Notes: generated by a model not told the origin, from the letters alone. Numbered from the stretch's first letter, positions 8,985-20,479 are shown. The stretch is 64,000 bases of DNA from an uncultured delta proteobacterium (GCA_963735595.1 CAVTLK010000002.1:795420-859419), one strand, 5' to 3'. Program-made: numbers and translations.

Positions 8985-10929
8985 ATGGGTATCGATAGAA
9001 AGAAGAGCATAGACCCGGCGGTTATAGAGCTCGCCGAGAAAGCCGCAGCGGATAACGTCACGCTGTGCTGGGACAGGCTCGACGAGCAGTCGCCCCAGTG
9101 CGGCTACGGGATCGCGGGCGTCTGCTGCCGCAACTGCGCGATGGGGCCGTGCCAGGTCAGCCTCTTCGGCGATCCGCCCCAGAAGGGCGTCTGCGGGGTT
9201 GACGGCGAAACGATCGCCGCCCGAAATTTCCTCAGGGCCGTGGCGGCCGGGGCCGCCGCGCACTCGGACCATGCCCGGGCGGTGGTAGAGGCCTTCATCA
9301 GGACGGCCGACGGTGAGCTTCCCGGCTTTGCGATCAAGGACGAGCAAAAGCTCCTGTCTCTGGCGCTGGACCTGGGAGTGACGGTCGACGGTAAGGATAC
9401 CGCCGCCGTCGCCAAAGAGGTGGGCGCGATCCTCCGGGATCAGTTCGGCCGCCAGGACGGGGAGCTGTGCTTCGTTTCCAAGGCGCCGGTAAAGAGGCAG
9501 GCACTCTGGAGGGAGCAGGGAATCGTCCCCCGGGGGATCGACCGGGAGATCGTGGAGTGCATGCACCGGACCCATATCGGGGTCGATCAGGACTACAAGA
9601 ACCTGATGAAGCAGGCGTCTCGCACGGCCCTGGCCGACGGGTGGGGCGGATCGATGATCGCCACGGAGCTTCAGGACGTGCTGTTCGGCAATCCCGTTCC
9701 GATCGTCGGTTCCGTGAACCTGGGGATACTGGCGCCGGATAAAGTGAACATCATTGTCCACGGCCACGAACCGCTCCTCTCGGAGATGGTCGTGGCGGCC
9801 TCCCGCGACAAAGACCTCCTGGCGCTGGCAAAAGAGAAGGGGGCCGACGGCATTAATATCGGCGGCATCTGCTGTACGGCCAACGAAATCCTGATGCGCC
9901 ACGGGATACCGGTAGCGGGCAATTTTTTACAGCAGGAGGTGGCAATCGTCTCCGGGGCGGTGGACGCGATGATCGTGGACGTCCAGTGCACCTGGCAGTC
10001 TCTGGTAGACGTGGCCGGCTGTTACCACACGGCGCTTATTACCACTAACCCCAAGGCCCGCTTCTTCGGGGCGCGCCACCTCGAATTCGACGAGAAAAAC
10101 CCGCTCGCGGCCGCCCGAGAGATTGTAACAATCGCCGTGGAAAACTTCCCCAACCGGAAGAGTGAGGTCGCCATTCCGAAAGACAGCACCATGGACATGG
10201 TGGTCGGGTTCTCCCACGAGACGATCAACTATATGCTCGGCGGCGTCTTCCGGGGGTCATACAAACCTCTCAACGATAACATCATCAACGGGAGGATCCG
10301 CGGGGTCGCGGGGGTCGTCGGGTGCAACAACGCCAAGGTGACCCACGACCAGAGCCACGTGGCGCTCGTCAGGGAGCTCATCAAGCACGACGTGCTGGTG
10401 CTCCAGACCGGGATGCTCGGCGGTGGCCTGCGCCAAGGAGGGGCTCCTGGTGCCCGAGGCGGCGCGGTTTGCCGGGCCGGGGCTTGCCGAGGTCTGCGAG
10501 GCGGTGGGTATGCCGCCGGTGCTGCACATGGGCTCCTGCGTGGACAACTCACGCATCCTGATAGCGGCCACGGCCATGGTCAAGGAGGGGGGGCTGGGCG
10601 ACGACCTGTCGGACCTGCCCTGCGCGGGGGCGGCGCCCGAGTGGATGAGCGAAAAGGCGCTCTCTATCGGCCACTATTTTGTCGCCTCCGGGATCTTCAC
10701 GGTCTTCGGGGTGACCTGGCCGACACTGGGGGCCAAGAGCCTCACCGAGTACCTCTTTTCCGGCATCGAGCAGGAGCTCGGCGGAAAATGGGCATTTGAG
10801 CGCGACCCCATCAAGACCGCGCGGCTCATGATCGACCACATCGATCAAAAACGGCACAAGCTCGGCATCGACAAGGCCCGGGAGCGGGTCCTCTATGACA
10901 TGGAGAAGCGCCGGGAGCTGGAGACGTAG
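8985..10929 (+). CDS. cooS: Anaerobic Ni-CO dehydrogenase catalytic subunit (one frameshift near 10411)
   Basis: CCRNCAMGPC, HGHEP, ICCTANE, DVQC, VGCNN, then HMGSCVDNSR and PEWMSEKA in the next frame; extra G in a G run. Confidence 0.95.
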
Positions 10930-10944
10930 AATCAGGAGTAACCG

Positions 10945-13187
10945 ATGTCAAAGATCATTGCCTCTGCCGGCATAAACGGGGCGTATACGATAGTCGGCCG
11001 GGCGCGAAAGAAGTACGAGGAGGCGCTCGGAAAAGTACGGACCGGACCGGGAGGTCGGGTTTCCCAACACGGGGTATTTCCTGCCGATCATCTACGGAAT
11101 CCTCGGGGTCGCCGTAAAGAAGCTCTCCGACATGGGCCCGGTGCTGGACCGGGCGGCCTCGCTCCTGCCGCCCCGCGTGAAAGCAGACCCACAACCTGCC
11201 TTACCTCGGCCCGGCGCTGGACGCCGGGATGGCGACCTTCTTTGCCGAGGAGTGCGAGGAGGCCGTCCGCTACCTCGATAACCCGAATTTCTATCTCGCC
11301 GGGAGGGAGGAGGTTACCGACGACGCCATCTGGCTGGGGGCCGCAGACGACGTGATCGTGCGAAAGCGCGGCGTTGAGTTCGTGGACGGCACGGCGCCCG
11401 GTTTTGCGGCGGTACTTGGCCGTGCCCCGGACGCCGGAATCGCCGCGAAAATCGCCCAGGAACTGCAGGAAAAAAACCTCTACGTCTTCATGTCCTCGGG
11501 GATCGGCGGCAAACCGGGATTTGCCGAACAGCTGGTCGAGGCCGGCGTACAGATCGGCTGGAACACACGGCTTGTCCCCTTTGGGCCGGATACGTCGTCG
11601 GTCGTCTTTTCCATCGGCTTTGCGACCCGCGCGGCGATGTCGTTCGGGAACATCAAACCCGGCGATTTCAGGAAGATCCTGATCTATAACAAGGACCGGA
11701 TCTTCGCCTTCGTGCTCCCCTTCGGGTACGTGGACGAGGAGTGGTACGCCAACGCCCTGGGCGCCGTCAACTTCGGGTTCCCCGTCATCGCCGATACCGC
11801 CATTCCCCAGATCCTCCCCACGGGCGTCTGCACCTATGAGCACGTGGTCTCCGGCGTCCCGTACGACCAGCTGGTGCCCAAGGCCGTCGAGGTGCGCGGC
11901 CTCAAGGTCAAGGTCGCCAACGTCCCCATCCCCGTCGCCTACAGCCCCGCCTACGAGGGGGAGCGGGTGAGGAAAGACGACCTGGTGGCCGAATGCGGCG
12001 GCGGCAGGACTTTAGCCGTGGAGCTGACGACGACCCGCGAGATGGACGATGTCACCGACGGGGCTATCGAGGTGATCGGCCCCGACCTGGACAGCGTCAC
12101 GAACCGGCCCGCCGGGACGGACGCCTCAGCCGAGAGCCCGGCGCTGCCGCTGGCCATCGTCGTGGAGGTGGCGGGACGGCAGATGCAGAAGGACTTCGAG
12201 CCGATCCTCGAGCGCCAGCTCCACCACCTCATCAACTACGCCCAGGGCGTTATGCACATCGGGCAGCGCAACATCGTCTGGCTCAGGTTCTCGCGACAGG
12301 CCGTTGAGAAAGGCTTCCGGCTCGGGCACCTGGGCTCGATCATCCACGCCAAGTACCACGAGGATTTCGGCAATATCTTCGATAAGGTCCAGGTCAAGAT
12401 CTACACCGAAGGCGCCAGGGTCAAAGAGATATACGACCGGGCGCTGGCAATTTTCCGCGAGCGCGACGAGCGGATCGAGGGCATGACCGACGAAAGCACC
12501 GATCCGTTTTACTCCTGCACGCTCTGCCAGTCGTTTGCCCCCAACCACGTCTGCATCGTGACCCCGGAACGGCCGGGGCTGTGCGGGGCCTATTCGTGGC
12601 TCGACTGCCGCGCCTCTTTCGAGATCAACCCCACCGGGCCAAACCAGCCGGTTATCAAGGGAAAGACCATCGACGAGCAGTACGGGCAGTGGGAGGGGGT
12701 CAACGAGTTCGTCGCCAAGGCCTCCCGCGGCAACGTCACCGAATATGACGCGTACAGCCTCATGCGCACCCCGATGACCTCCTGCGGCTGCTTCGAGTGT
12801 ATCGCCTGCATCATGCCGCTCACCAACGGGGTGATGACGGTGGACCGGGACTTCCCTGACATGACGCCGGCCGGCATGAAGTTCACGACGATGGCCGGGA
12901 TGGTCGGGGGAGGAAACGTCACGCCGGGGTTCGTGGGGCACAGCAAGTACTACGTCACGAGCCGGAAGTTTTTGAGGGCCGACGGCGGCATAAAGCGGCT
13001 GGTCTGGATGCCGTCCCGGCTCAAGGAAGAGATCATGGATCGGCTCATCGTCCGCGCCAGGGAAGAGGGGGTGCCGAACCTGCCGGATATGATCGCCGAT
13101 GAGCGGATCGGAACGACGGAGGAGGAGATCCTCCCCTTCCTCGAAGAGGTCAAACACCCGGCGCTGAGCCTGCCGCCGTTGTTTTAG
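10945..13187 (+). CDS. acsB: Acetyl-CoA synthase (frameshifts near 11030 and 11190)
   Basis: MSKIIASAGING start; FYSCTLCQSFAPNHVC...PGLCG and PMTSCGCFEC A-cluster motifs. Confidence 0.95.
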
Positions 13188-13303
13188 AGAGAACGATCGA
13201 CAGGGGGATACGTACCGCTTCGCGATAGCGGTGAATCCGTAACGGTACGGCAAATAAGCACGTGTCGCCCTCATACCGACGAACGCACCAGAAAGGAGCC
13301 GCC

Positions 13304-14650
13304 ATGCCTTCAGGAATTGAAATCCTAAAACTCCTTCCCAAGACCAACTGCGGCGAATGCGGCCAGCCCACGTGCCTGGCGTTTGCCATGAACATCGCCG
13401 CGGGAAAGATGGAGCTTTCGGCCTGCCCTTATGTCTCGGAGGAGGCCAGGGCGGCGTTGGCCGAATCGGCGGCCCCGCCCATCCGGGAAATCACGATCGG
13501 GACCGGGCCCGACAAGGTAACCGTCGGCGGCGAGACGGTCCTCTTCCGCCACGAGAAGACCTTTTTTCACAGGCCGGGGCTGGCCCTCCTTGTCACCGAC
13601 GCCATGGCCGATGCCGAGGCGGACGGGCGGATCGCCGCCTTTGCCGCCCACCGGTACGACCGGGTCGGAACGGTGCTTTCGGCGGAGCTCATCGCGGTCC
13701 AATCAACGACAGGGCAGAAGGAGAGGTTCGTCCAGCTTGTTAAAAAGTCCGCCGAGAAGGCGGCCGGCGTCATCCTCATGACCGATGACCCCGGAGTCAT
13801 GGAAGCGGGGCTTGGGGCCGCGGCCGAAAAGAGGCCGCTCATCTACGCGGCGGGCCAGGCGAACGCCGACGCGATGGCGGACCTCGCGCTTAAATATAAA
13901 TGCCCGCTGGCGGTTGCGGCGCCCGACGTATCGGCCCTGTCGGAGCTGGTCGAGCGGATTACGGCCAGGGGCGTAACGGATATCGTGCTCGACAGCGGCT
14001 CGCAGTCGGCCGGCCGCGTCCTTTTCGACCAGACCTCTATACGGCGTCTGGCCCTGAAGCGCCAGAAGTCCCTCGGGTTTCCGACGATTGCGTTTCCGGG
14101 CAGGGCGGCCGGGGGATTCGAAGAGGAGATGCTTACCGCAAACCTCGCCGTCGCCAAGTACGCCGGCATCGTGGTCGTCTCGGACATCAGGGGGGAGGGG
14201 ATATTCCCGCTGTTGGTCTCCCGCCTGAACATCTATACCGACCCGCAGCGGCCGATGATGACGGCCCAGGGGGTTTACCCCATCAACAACCCGAACGAGG
14301 GTTCGCCGCTCCTGGTGACCTCAAACTTTTCGCTGACCTACTTTATCGTCTCCGGAGAGATGGAGTCAAGCCGGGTTCCCTCGTGGCTCCTGGTGCTGGA
14401 TACTGAGGGGCTCTCGGTGCTGACGGCCTGGGCCGCCGGCAAATTCGCGGGGGACCTGGTGGCGGGCCTCATGAAGAAGACCGGGATCGCCGAAAAGGTC
14501 AGCCACAAGAAGGTCGTCATCCCGGGCTACGTGGCTGTCATCAGCGGTGAGCTGGAGGAAGAGCTGGGCGGCGGCTGGGAGGTGATCGTCGGCCCCCGGG
14601 AGGCCGCCCACATCCCGCGCTTCCTCAGGGATGTGTCGGGTGCGGTATAG
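13304..14650 (+). CDS. acsC: Corrinoid iron-sulfur protein large (gamma) subunit
   Basis: LPKTNCGECGQPTCLAFA, GGETVLFRHEKTF, NIYTDPQRP, GLSVLTAWAAGKF; AAGGAG RBS. Confidence 0.95.
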   Translation: MPSGIEILKLLPKTNCGECGQPTCLAFAMNIAAGKMELSACPYVSEEARAALAESAAPPIREITIGTGPDKVTVGGETVLFRHEKTFFHRPGLALLVTDAMADAEADGRIAAFAAHRYDRVGTVLSAELIAVQSTTGQKERFVQLVKKSAEKAAGVILMTDDPGVMEAGLGAAAEKRPLIYAAGQANADAMADLALKYKCPLAVAAPDVSALSELVERITARGVTDIVLDSGSQSAGRVLFDQTSIRRLALKRQKSLGFPTIAFPGRAAGGFEEEMLTANLAVAKYAGIVVVSDIRGEGIFPLLVSRLNIYTDPQRPMMTAQGVYPINNPNEGSPLLVTSNFSLTYFIVSGEMESSRVPSWLLVLDTEGLSVLTAWAAGKFAGDLVAGLMKKTGIAEKVSHKKVVIPGYVAVISGELEEELGGGWEVIVGPREAAHIPRFLRDVSGAV

Positions 14651-14787
14651 TACAGCAGGGCAATGGTGCAACAGGGCAACGGTGCAACGGGGCGGCAGTC
14701 CCGAATGAGACCGATGAAAAGGACAAAGGGACGCGGAACGGGTCCCGGAGGCCGATAGGTACGCTGTCAATTCACGGAGGCCTTTTC

Positions 14788-15675
14788 ATGCTTATCATAG
14801 CCGAAAACATCAATATCATGTCCAAGACCATCGGCGAGGCGATCAGGAACCGGGAAAAGAAGCCGGTACAGGAATTGGCTGCGGAGCTGGAGAAGGCCGG
14901 CTGCCACGCCCTTGACCTCAACGCCGGGCCGGCCCGCAAGGACGGCCCCGAGCTGATGGAGTGGCTGGTCACGACGGTGCAGGAGGTTACCAAGCTCCCC
15001 CTGTCGCTCGACACTACCAACATCGAGGCGATCGAGGCCGGCCTGAAGGTCTACAGGGACCTCGGGGGGGCGCCCATCATCAACTCGATCTCGGTGAGGC
15101 CCGAGCGGATGGACGCGCTGCTGCCGGTGGCGGTTGATACCGGGGCGCGAGCCGTCGCGCTCATGCTGGGCGTCGAGGGTATCCCGCGGGACGCCAACGA
15201 GCGGGGTGTGCTGCTGGCCGAATTTCTCTACCGGGCGTCACAGGCGGGTCTCGCCGAGACAAACATCTACGTCGACCCGATCGTCCTTCCCATCAGCTCC
15301 CAGCAGGAGCAATTGGCGGCCTGCACCGAGTTCATGACGATGCTGCCGGAGCTTGCGCCCGGCGTCGTGTCGACCTGCGGCGTTTCCAACGTCAGCAACG
15401 GTGTTACCAATGACCTACGCCCCATCCTGAACCGCACCTACACGGCTATGCTCATGAAGCTCGGCCTGAAATCTGCCATCGTCAACGGGTTTGACCCGGT
15501 CACCATCGACCTGATGAGCGGCAAACGCCCCGATATCACCGGCATCGTCGGCCGCGTCATGGACGGCGAGACTGTAGATGACGCATCGCTTTCGGGCGAC
15601 GAGCGCGACTTCGCCAAGACGACCCGGGTGCTGCTGGGAAAGACGATATTCTCGGAGTCCTGGCTTACTATTTAG
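14788..15675 (+). CDS. acsE: Methyltetrahydrofolate:corrinoid methyltransferase (pterin-binding barrel)
   Basis: IIAENINIM, LDLNAG, PLSLDTTN, IINSIS, GVSNVSNG; follows acsC. Confidence 0.9.
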   Translation: MLIIAENINIMSKTIGEAIRNREKKPVQELAAELEKAGCHALDLNAGPARKDGPELMEWLVTTVQEVTKLPLSLDTTNIEAIEAGLKVYRDLGGAPIINSISVRPERMDALLPVAVDTGARAVALMLGVEGIPRDANERGVLLAEFLYRASQAGLAETNIYVDPIVLPISSQQEQLAACTEFMTMLPELAPGVVSTCGVSNVSNGVTNDLRPILNRTYTAMLMKLGLKSAIVNGFDPVTIDLMSGKRPDITGIVGRVMDGETVDDASLSGDERDFAKTTRVLLGKTIFSESWLTI

Positions 15676-15681
15676 AAGAGT

Positions 15682-15714
15682 GTTGCGGCGGCGGGGGAAC
15701 CCCGCCGTCGCAAC
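15682..15714. repeat. 15-bp stem hairpin with a GAA loop after acsE
   Basis: gttgcggcggcgggg-gaa-ccccgccgtcgcaac, one G-T pair. Confidence 0.7.
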
Positions 15715-15875
15715 GATAAGAGGTTGTCATTGCGAGCCGCCGAAGGCGGCGTGGCAATCTCGGACGATAGTGATAAGAGGTTGTCATTGCGAGCCGCCGA
15801 AGGCGGCGTGGCAATCTCGGACGATAGTGATAAGAGGTTGTCATTGCGAGCCGCCGAAGGCGGCGTGGCAATCTC
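15715..15875 (+). repeat. Tandem array of a 57-bp unit (2.8 identical copies) containing a REP-like palindrome
   Basis: gataagaggttgtcattgcgagccgccgaaggcggcgtggcaatctcggacgatagt starts at 15715, 15772 and 15829. Confidence 0.95.
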
Positions 15876-15894
15876 CGACACGGAATCTACCCTC

Positions 15895-16571
15895 ATGCCG
15901 TATCCTGCCGGAAAGGCGCAGTCCCCAACCAACTACGAGGCCGCCCTCGCGGCGGCGCGGGACGGCCTCGCCCGGGCGGACGTCCGGCTCCAGGCCGGGC
16001 GCCTCGGCGGGAATCCTCGATACCGGACGGGACGGGGGACAAACCGTAATCTTCCCGTGCATGGGGGCGACCTACCGTATCAGCCTTTCCGACGGCGCCG
16101 TCTCCCGTGACGGGAGCGCGCTATCGGCCCGATCGGCCCCCTGAGCATATTCGCCGAAATCCTCATCCTTCACGCCCTGCTCCGGCACACCGGAAGGCCC
16201 CCCCGTGGGGGACTGGATCGCATTTTCGGACATCCCCGACGGGCTCCTGTACGGCGGCGTCTATGAAAAGCGGACGGCGGGGCGGCTGGCCTGCGATGCT
16301 TTCGGGCGCGGGAGACCGGCTCAAGGCCGCGGCCGAGCGGTTGGGAGGGCGTACCGCGGCGCTCGGGGGAGACGCATCCGCAGTCCTGGAGCCGTTTTCC
16401 GGCGTGCCGGTTGGAATCGTCTTCTGGGAGCCCGACGACCGGTTCACCCCCGCGGTTACGTTTCTCTACGACAGGACGATTACGGAGATATTCCCGGCGG
16501 AAGATATCGTCGTTTTGACCCAGTGGGTGACCGAAGAGATGATTCGCATCATCAAGGAGACGGCCCCATGA
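15895..16571 (+). CDS. DUF3786-like protein (several frameshifts)
   Basis: Fragments NYEAALAAARDGL, GDWIAFSDIPDGLLY and PFSGVPVGIVFWEPDDRF...FLYDRTI lie in different frames. Confidence 0.7.
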
Positions 16572-17351
16572 AGATTGCCGTCAGCGGAAAGGGCGGCGTG
16601 GGCAAGACCACCCTCGTCCTGCTCCTGGCACGCCATTTCCGAGACCGGGGTGCGGGCGTGATCCTTGTGGACGCAGACCCGGACGGGAACCTGGCCGCGG
16701 GAATGGGGATCGACCCCGCGATCGGTTACCCCGATCTCGGCCATGAAGGATCTGATCGCCGAGCGCACCGGCGCCGCGCCGGGAAAGCCGGGAGGCCTGT
16801 TCCTTCTCAATCCGCGCGTGGACGACCTGCCGGAAACGGTCGCGGTTCAGAAGGACGGCATCCGCCTGCTCGTGATGGGTACGGTGCGGCGGGGGGGAGG
16901 GGGGTGTATCTGCCCCGAGAGCGCCCTGGTCAGGGCGCTGGTCGGCCACCTTATCCTCGAACGGGACGAGGTGGTGATCATGGACATGGAGGCGGGTATC
17001 GAGCACCTCGGCCGCGGGACGGCCCGCGCCGTGGACATCCTGATCGTCGTGGTGGAGCCGGGCAGACGCAGCGTCGAGACGGCAAACCGGGTACGGGCGC
17101 TCGCGGCCGACATCGGCATCGAAAAGATCGCCGTGGTGGGGAACAAGGTCAGGGATACGGGGGACGAACAATTCCTGCGGACGGCGATGCCCGATTTCGA
17201 CTTCCTCGGGTTCATCCCGTATTCGGCCGAGGTCATTCAGGCAGATATGGTCAGTGGGGCCGGCGGCGGGATATCGCCCGCCGATTCGCTGGTTACTGCC
17301 GCTGCGGGCCGGATTGTACAGCGGCTCATCGATAAAAAGCCGGTCACGTAG
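16568..17351 (+). CDS. cooC: CO dehydrogenase nickel-insertion ATPase (frameshift near 16720)
   Basis: MKIAVSGKGGVGKTT, DADPDGNL, then GGGGCICPE and DMEAGIEHLGRGT. Confidence 0.9.
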
Positions 17352-17375
17352 ATCGAGGCCCCGGCCTCGGGCCCT

Positions 17376-18227
17376 TTACTTCATGGCCTTTTCCGCCGCC
17401 TTCAGCGTATTCTTCAACAGCATCGCCCTGGTCATGAGCCCCACCCCCCCCGGGACCGGGGTGATCAGCGAGGCGCGCTTGCAGGCCTCATCAAAATCCA
17501 CGTCTCCCACGAGCTTGCCGTCGGGCATCCGGTTGATCCCCACGTCGATAACCACCGCCCCCTCCTTTATCCACGGTCCCTGGATCATCCGCGGCTTTCC
17601 GGTGGCGGCCACCAGGATATCGGCCTCTGAAACGCGGCGCGCAAGGTCGGTCGTCCGGGAGTGGCAGACGGTGATGGTGGCGTGCTCGCGCATGAGCATC
17701 AGCGCGACGGGTTTGCCCACGATGTTGGAGCGGCCGACGATAACGGCGGACTTCCCCTTGACGGCCACGTCGTAGCGGCGCAGCAGCTCCATGACGCCGG
17801 ACGGCGTGCAGGGCTCCAGGAACGCCTCGGACGCGAGCAGCCTCCCGAAGTTCTCGGGCGTAATCCCGTCCACGTCTTTAGCCGGGTCGATCCGCCCGAT
17901 GACGGCCTCGGTGTTGATGTGGCCGGGCAGGGGAAGCTGGACGAGGATACCGTGGACGGCGCGGTCGGCATTGAGGCGGTCGATGAGCGCCGCGACCTCG
18001 TCCTCTTTCGTATCGACGGCCATACGGTGGGTGATGGAATCGATGCCGACCTCGGTCGCGTCCTTCTCCTTGTGGCCGACGTAGACCTGGGACGCCGGGT
18101 CATCGCCCACCAGCACGACCGCGAGATGGGGGACAAGGCCGGTCTTTTCCTTCAGGGCGGCGACGTCCCGGGCAACCTCGGCCCGGACGAGCCGGGCGAT
18201 CTCTTTTCCGTCGATGATCTGTGCCAT
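17376..18227 (-). CDS. folD: Methylene-THF dehydrogenase/cyclohydrolase
   Basis: [40 protein letters not shown]. Confidence 0.97.
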   Translation of the reverse strand: MAQIIDGKEIARLVRAEVARDVAALKEKTGLVPHLAVVLVGDDPASQVYVGHKEKDATEVGIDSITHRMAVDTKEDEVAALIDRLNADRAVHGILVQLPLPGHINTEAVIGRIDPAKDVDGITPENFGRLLASEAFLEPCTPSGVMELLRRYDVAVKGKSAVIVGRSNIVGKPVALMLMREHATITVCHSRTTDLARRVSEADILVAATGKPRMIQGPWIKEGAVVIDVGINRMPDGKLVGDVDFDEACKRASLITPVPGGVGLMTRAMLLKNTLKAAEKAMK

Positions 18228-18240
18228 ACCTACTCCGCTT

Positions 18241-18429
18241 TTATATACCACAAATGACGACCCGGTGGTTCATCAGGTCGATAAGCTCGATGCGGCCGGG
18301 TACCTCCTGGGACCTGCCGAGGATATCCTCTACATAAACAGCGCCCGGCGCCGGCCTGATCAAGACCACGTCTTCGAGGACGAGCCGCTCATCTTCGCCG
18401 TCTCTAAAATATACGCTCGATTCGCACAT
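18241..18429 (-). CDS. cooT: CooT family nickel-binding protein (62 aa)
   Basis: MCESSVY start (Cys2), [17 protein letters not shown]; next to CODH genes. Confidence 0.85.
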   Translation of the reverse strand: MCESSVYFRDGEDERLVLEDVVLIRPAPGAVYVEDILGRSQEVPGRIELIDLMNHRVVICGI

Positions 18430-18481
18430 ACTATGCCTCTCCAGCCGGCCTCCCGATGTCACGCCCGGGGGCGTTCGCGGG

Positions 18482-20353
18482 CTAAAAGAGCCCCCGGATC
18501 GTCTCGGTGGCCGGGTCGATATCGACGTCCATGAAGGCGGGCCGGGACGGCAATCCCGGCATCGTGCGCATCTCACCGCACAGGGGGTAGATGAAACCCG
18601 CCCCGGCCGAGATGCGGATGTCTTCGATGGGCAGCAGGTAGCCTTCGGGCACCCCCTTCAGCGCCGGGTCGTGGGAGATTGACAGGTGCGTCTTTGCCAT
18701 ACAGATGGGGAGCCCCCCAAGGCCGAACCTGTTGATGAGCTTGATCCTCTTCACGGCGTCCGGGTATAGCTCGATATCCTCGGCGTTGTAAAACTCCCGG
18801 GCAATGGTGCGGATCTTCTCTTCGATGGGGATATCCAGCGGATACAGGAACCGGAAGTCCTTCTTCTTTTCGCAGGCCCCGGCCACCCCCCGCGCCAGCT
18901 CGATGGCCCCGTCGCCCCCCTTCTCCCATGCCTCGCTCAGGTACGCCCCTTCGGCGCCCGCGGCGACAGCCGCCTGCCTGATGATGTCGATCTCGCGGTC
19001 GCTGTCGGTCAAGAAACGGTTGACGGCCACGACCACCGGAACGCCGAACTTGCGGCAGTTCCTGACGTGAAACGTGAGGTTGGGAAGCCCGGCCGTCACG
19101 AGCTCACAGTTTTCCGTCCGGTAGGCGGCGTCAAGCGACCGCCCCGGCGATACCTGGGGGCCGCCGCCGTGCATCTTGAGGGCGCGGACCGTCGCCACGA
19201 TCACGATGCAGTCGGGGGATAACCCCGACGCCCTGCATTTGATATTGATGAATTTCTCAAGCCCGCACTCCGCCCCGAAGCCCGCTTCGGTTATCACGTA
19301 GCCGCCCGATGCGAGCTTGAGGGCGATGGCGTCGGCGATGATCGACGAGTTGCCGTGGGCGATATTGGCAAAGGGCCCGGTATGGACGAAGACCGGGCTT
19401 TTTGCCATCGTCTGCATCAGGTTGGGCTTGAGCGCGTCTTTGAGCAGCACCGTCATGGCCCCGGCCACGCCCAGGTCCTCGGCGGTGAGGGGCTCGCCCC
19501 GGCGGCTCATCCCAAAGATGATGCGGCTGATCCTCCGCCGGAGGTCGGCGAGGTCCGTGGCCAGCGCCAGGACCGCCATGATCTCGGAGGCCACGGCGAT
19601 GTCAAACCCATTCTGACGGGTCAGGCCGTCCAGCGGCCCGCCCAGCCCCGTGACGATGTTGCGCAGCGACGAATCGCTCACGTCGACCACCCGCCGCCAG
19701 AAGACGTTATGGTCGTCTATATCCAGGTACGAAAACCGGAGCTTCTCGGTCTCCGAGAAGTCCGCGGGGCGTTTACCCGGATCGATGCCGAGCCGTTCGA
19801 GGCGGTGCTTCTGCCAGTCGGTAAAACGTCCGTCCTTTACCAGTATGTCAAAAAGCTCGGACGCGCTCCTGCGGGATTCATGGAGCCTGCGGGCGTCGAT
19901 GGCCGCTGCCATCAGGTTGTGGGCAACGGCCACGGCGTGGATGTCGCCGGTCAGGTGGAGGTTGAATTCCTCCATCGGGACGACCTGCGAATACCCGCCG
20001 CCGGCAGCCCCCCCCTTTATCCCGAAGGTCGGCCCCATGGAAGGCTGGCGGATGCAGGTAAAGACGGGCTTGCCGAGGGCGGCGAAGCCCTGGGAGAGCC
20101 CGATGGTGGTAATGGTCTTACCCTCTCCGAGCGGGGTCGGGTTGATGGCGGTAACGACGACGTACTTTCCGTCGGGCCGGTCGGCAATCGTACCGAGGAT
20201 GCCGGGCTGGACCTTGGCCTTATAGTCCCCGTACGGCAGGAGGTAACGGGCTTCGATGCCGGCCGCCCGGGCCACGTCGGCAATGGGGGCGACGGACGCC
20301 GCCTGAGAGATTTCAAGGTCGCTTGGGAATCGTGCGGGGCTGTGCTGCTGCAT
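18482..20353 (-). CDS. fhs: Formate-tetrahydrofolate ligase
   Basis: TAINPTPLGEGKT, GIKGGAAGGGYSQ, FNLHLTGDIHA, GPFANIAHGNSS, TMPGLP; GAGGAG RBS. Confidence 0.97.
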   Translation of the reverse strand: MQQHSPARFPSDLEISQAASVAPIADVARAAGIEARYLLPYGDYKAKVQPGILGTIADRPDGKYVVVTAINPTPLGEGKTITTIGLSQGFAALGKPVFTCIRQPSMGPTFGIKGGAAGGGYSQVVPMEEFNLHLTGDIHAVAVAHNLMAAAIDARRLHESRRSASELFDILVKDGRFTDWQKHRLERLGIDPGKRPADFSETEKLRFSYLDIDDHNVFWRRVVDVSDSSLRNIVTGLGGPLDGLTRQNGFDIAVASEIMAVLALATDLADLRRRISRIIFGMSRRGEPLTAEDLGVAGAMTVLLKDALKPNLMQTMAKSPVFVHTGPFANIAHGNSSIIADAIALKLASGGYVITEAGFGAECGLEKFINIKCRASGLSPDCIVIVATVRALKMHGGGPQVSPGRSLDAAYRTENCELVTAGLPNLTFHVRNCRKFGVPVVVAVNRFLTDSDREIDIIRQAAVAAGAEGAYLSEAWEKGGDGAIELARGVAGACEKKKDFRFLYPLDIPIEEKIRTIAREFYNAEDIELYPDAVKRIKLINRFGLGGLPICMAKTHLSISHDPALKGVPEGYLLPIEDIRISAGAGFIYPLCGEMRTMPGLPSRPAFMDVDIDPATETIRGLF

Positions 20354-20479
20354 GGTCTCCTCGTAAAGGTTTTTCATTATACCAGAACGGCGGCAAATCA
20401 CAACTGAATCGTTATCGTGTCCCGGTTTTGTTCGTTCCCCTCCGCCTGCAGGGGCGCCGCCGCCGGGCCGATCGCGGTA

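Noticed and set aside
10400..11230. Programmed frameshifting or pseudogenisation of cooS/acsB
   Set aside because: Similar indels occur in unrelated housekeeping genes, so sequencing error is the simpler explanation.
14656..14693. 16-bp imperfect tandem repeat between acsC and acsE
   Set aside because: Only about two copies, with no counterpart noticed elsewhere; probably slippage.
15715..15875. CRISPR array
   Set aside because: The intervening sequences are identical, so there are no unique spacers; no cas genes; it matches the REP-like family at 54.8-55.5 kb.
15578..16144. ORFs with repeated peptides (GCHCEPPKAAWQS, LSLRAAEGGVAIS)
   Set aside because: These are translation by-products of the 57-bp repeat, whose length is a multiple of three.
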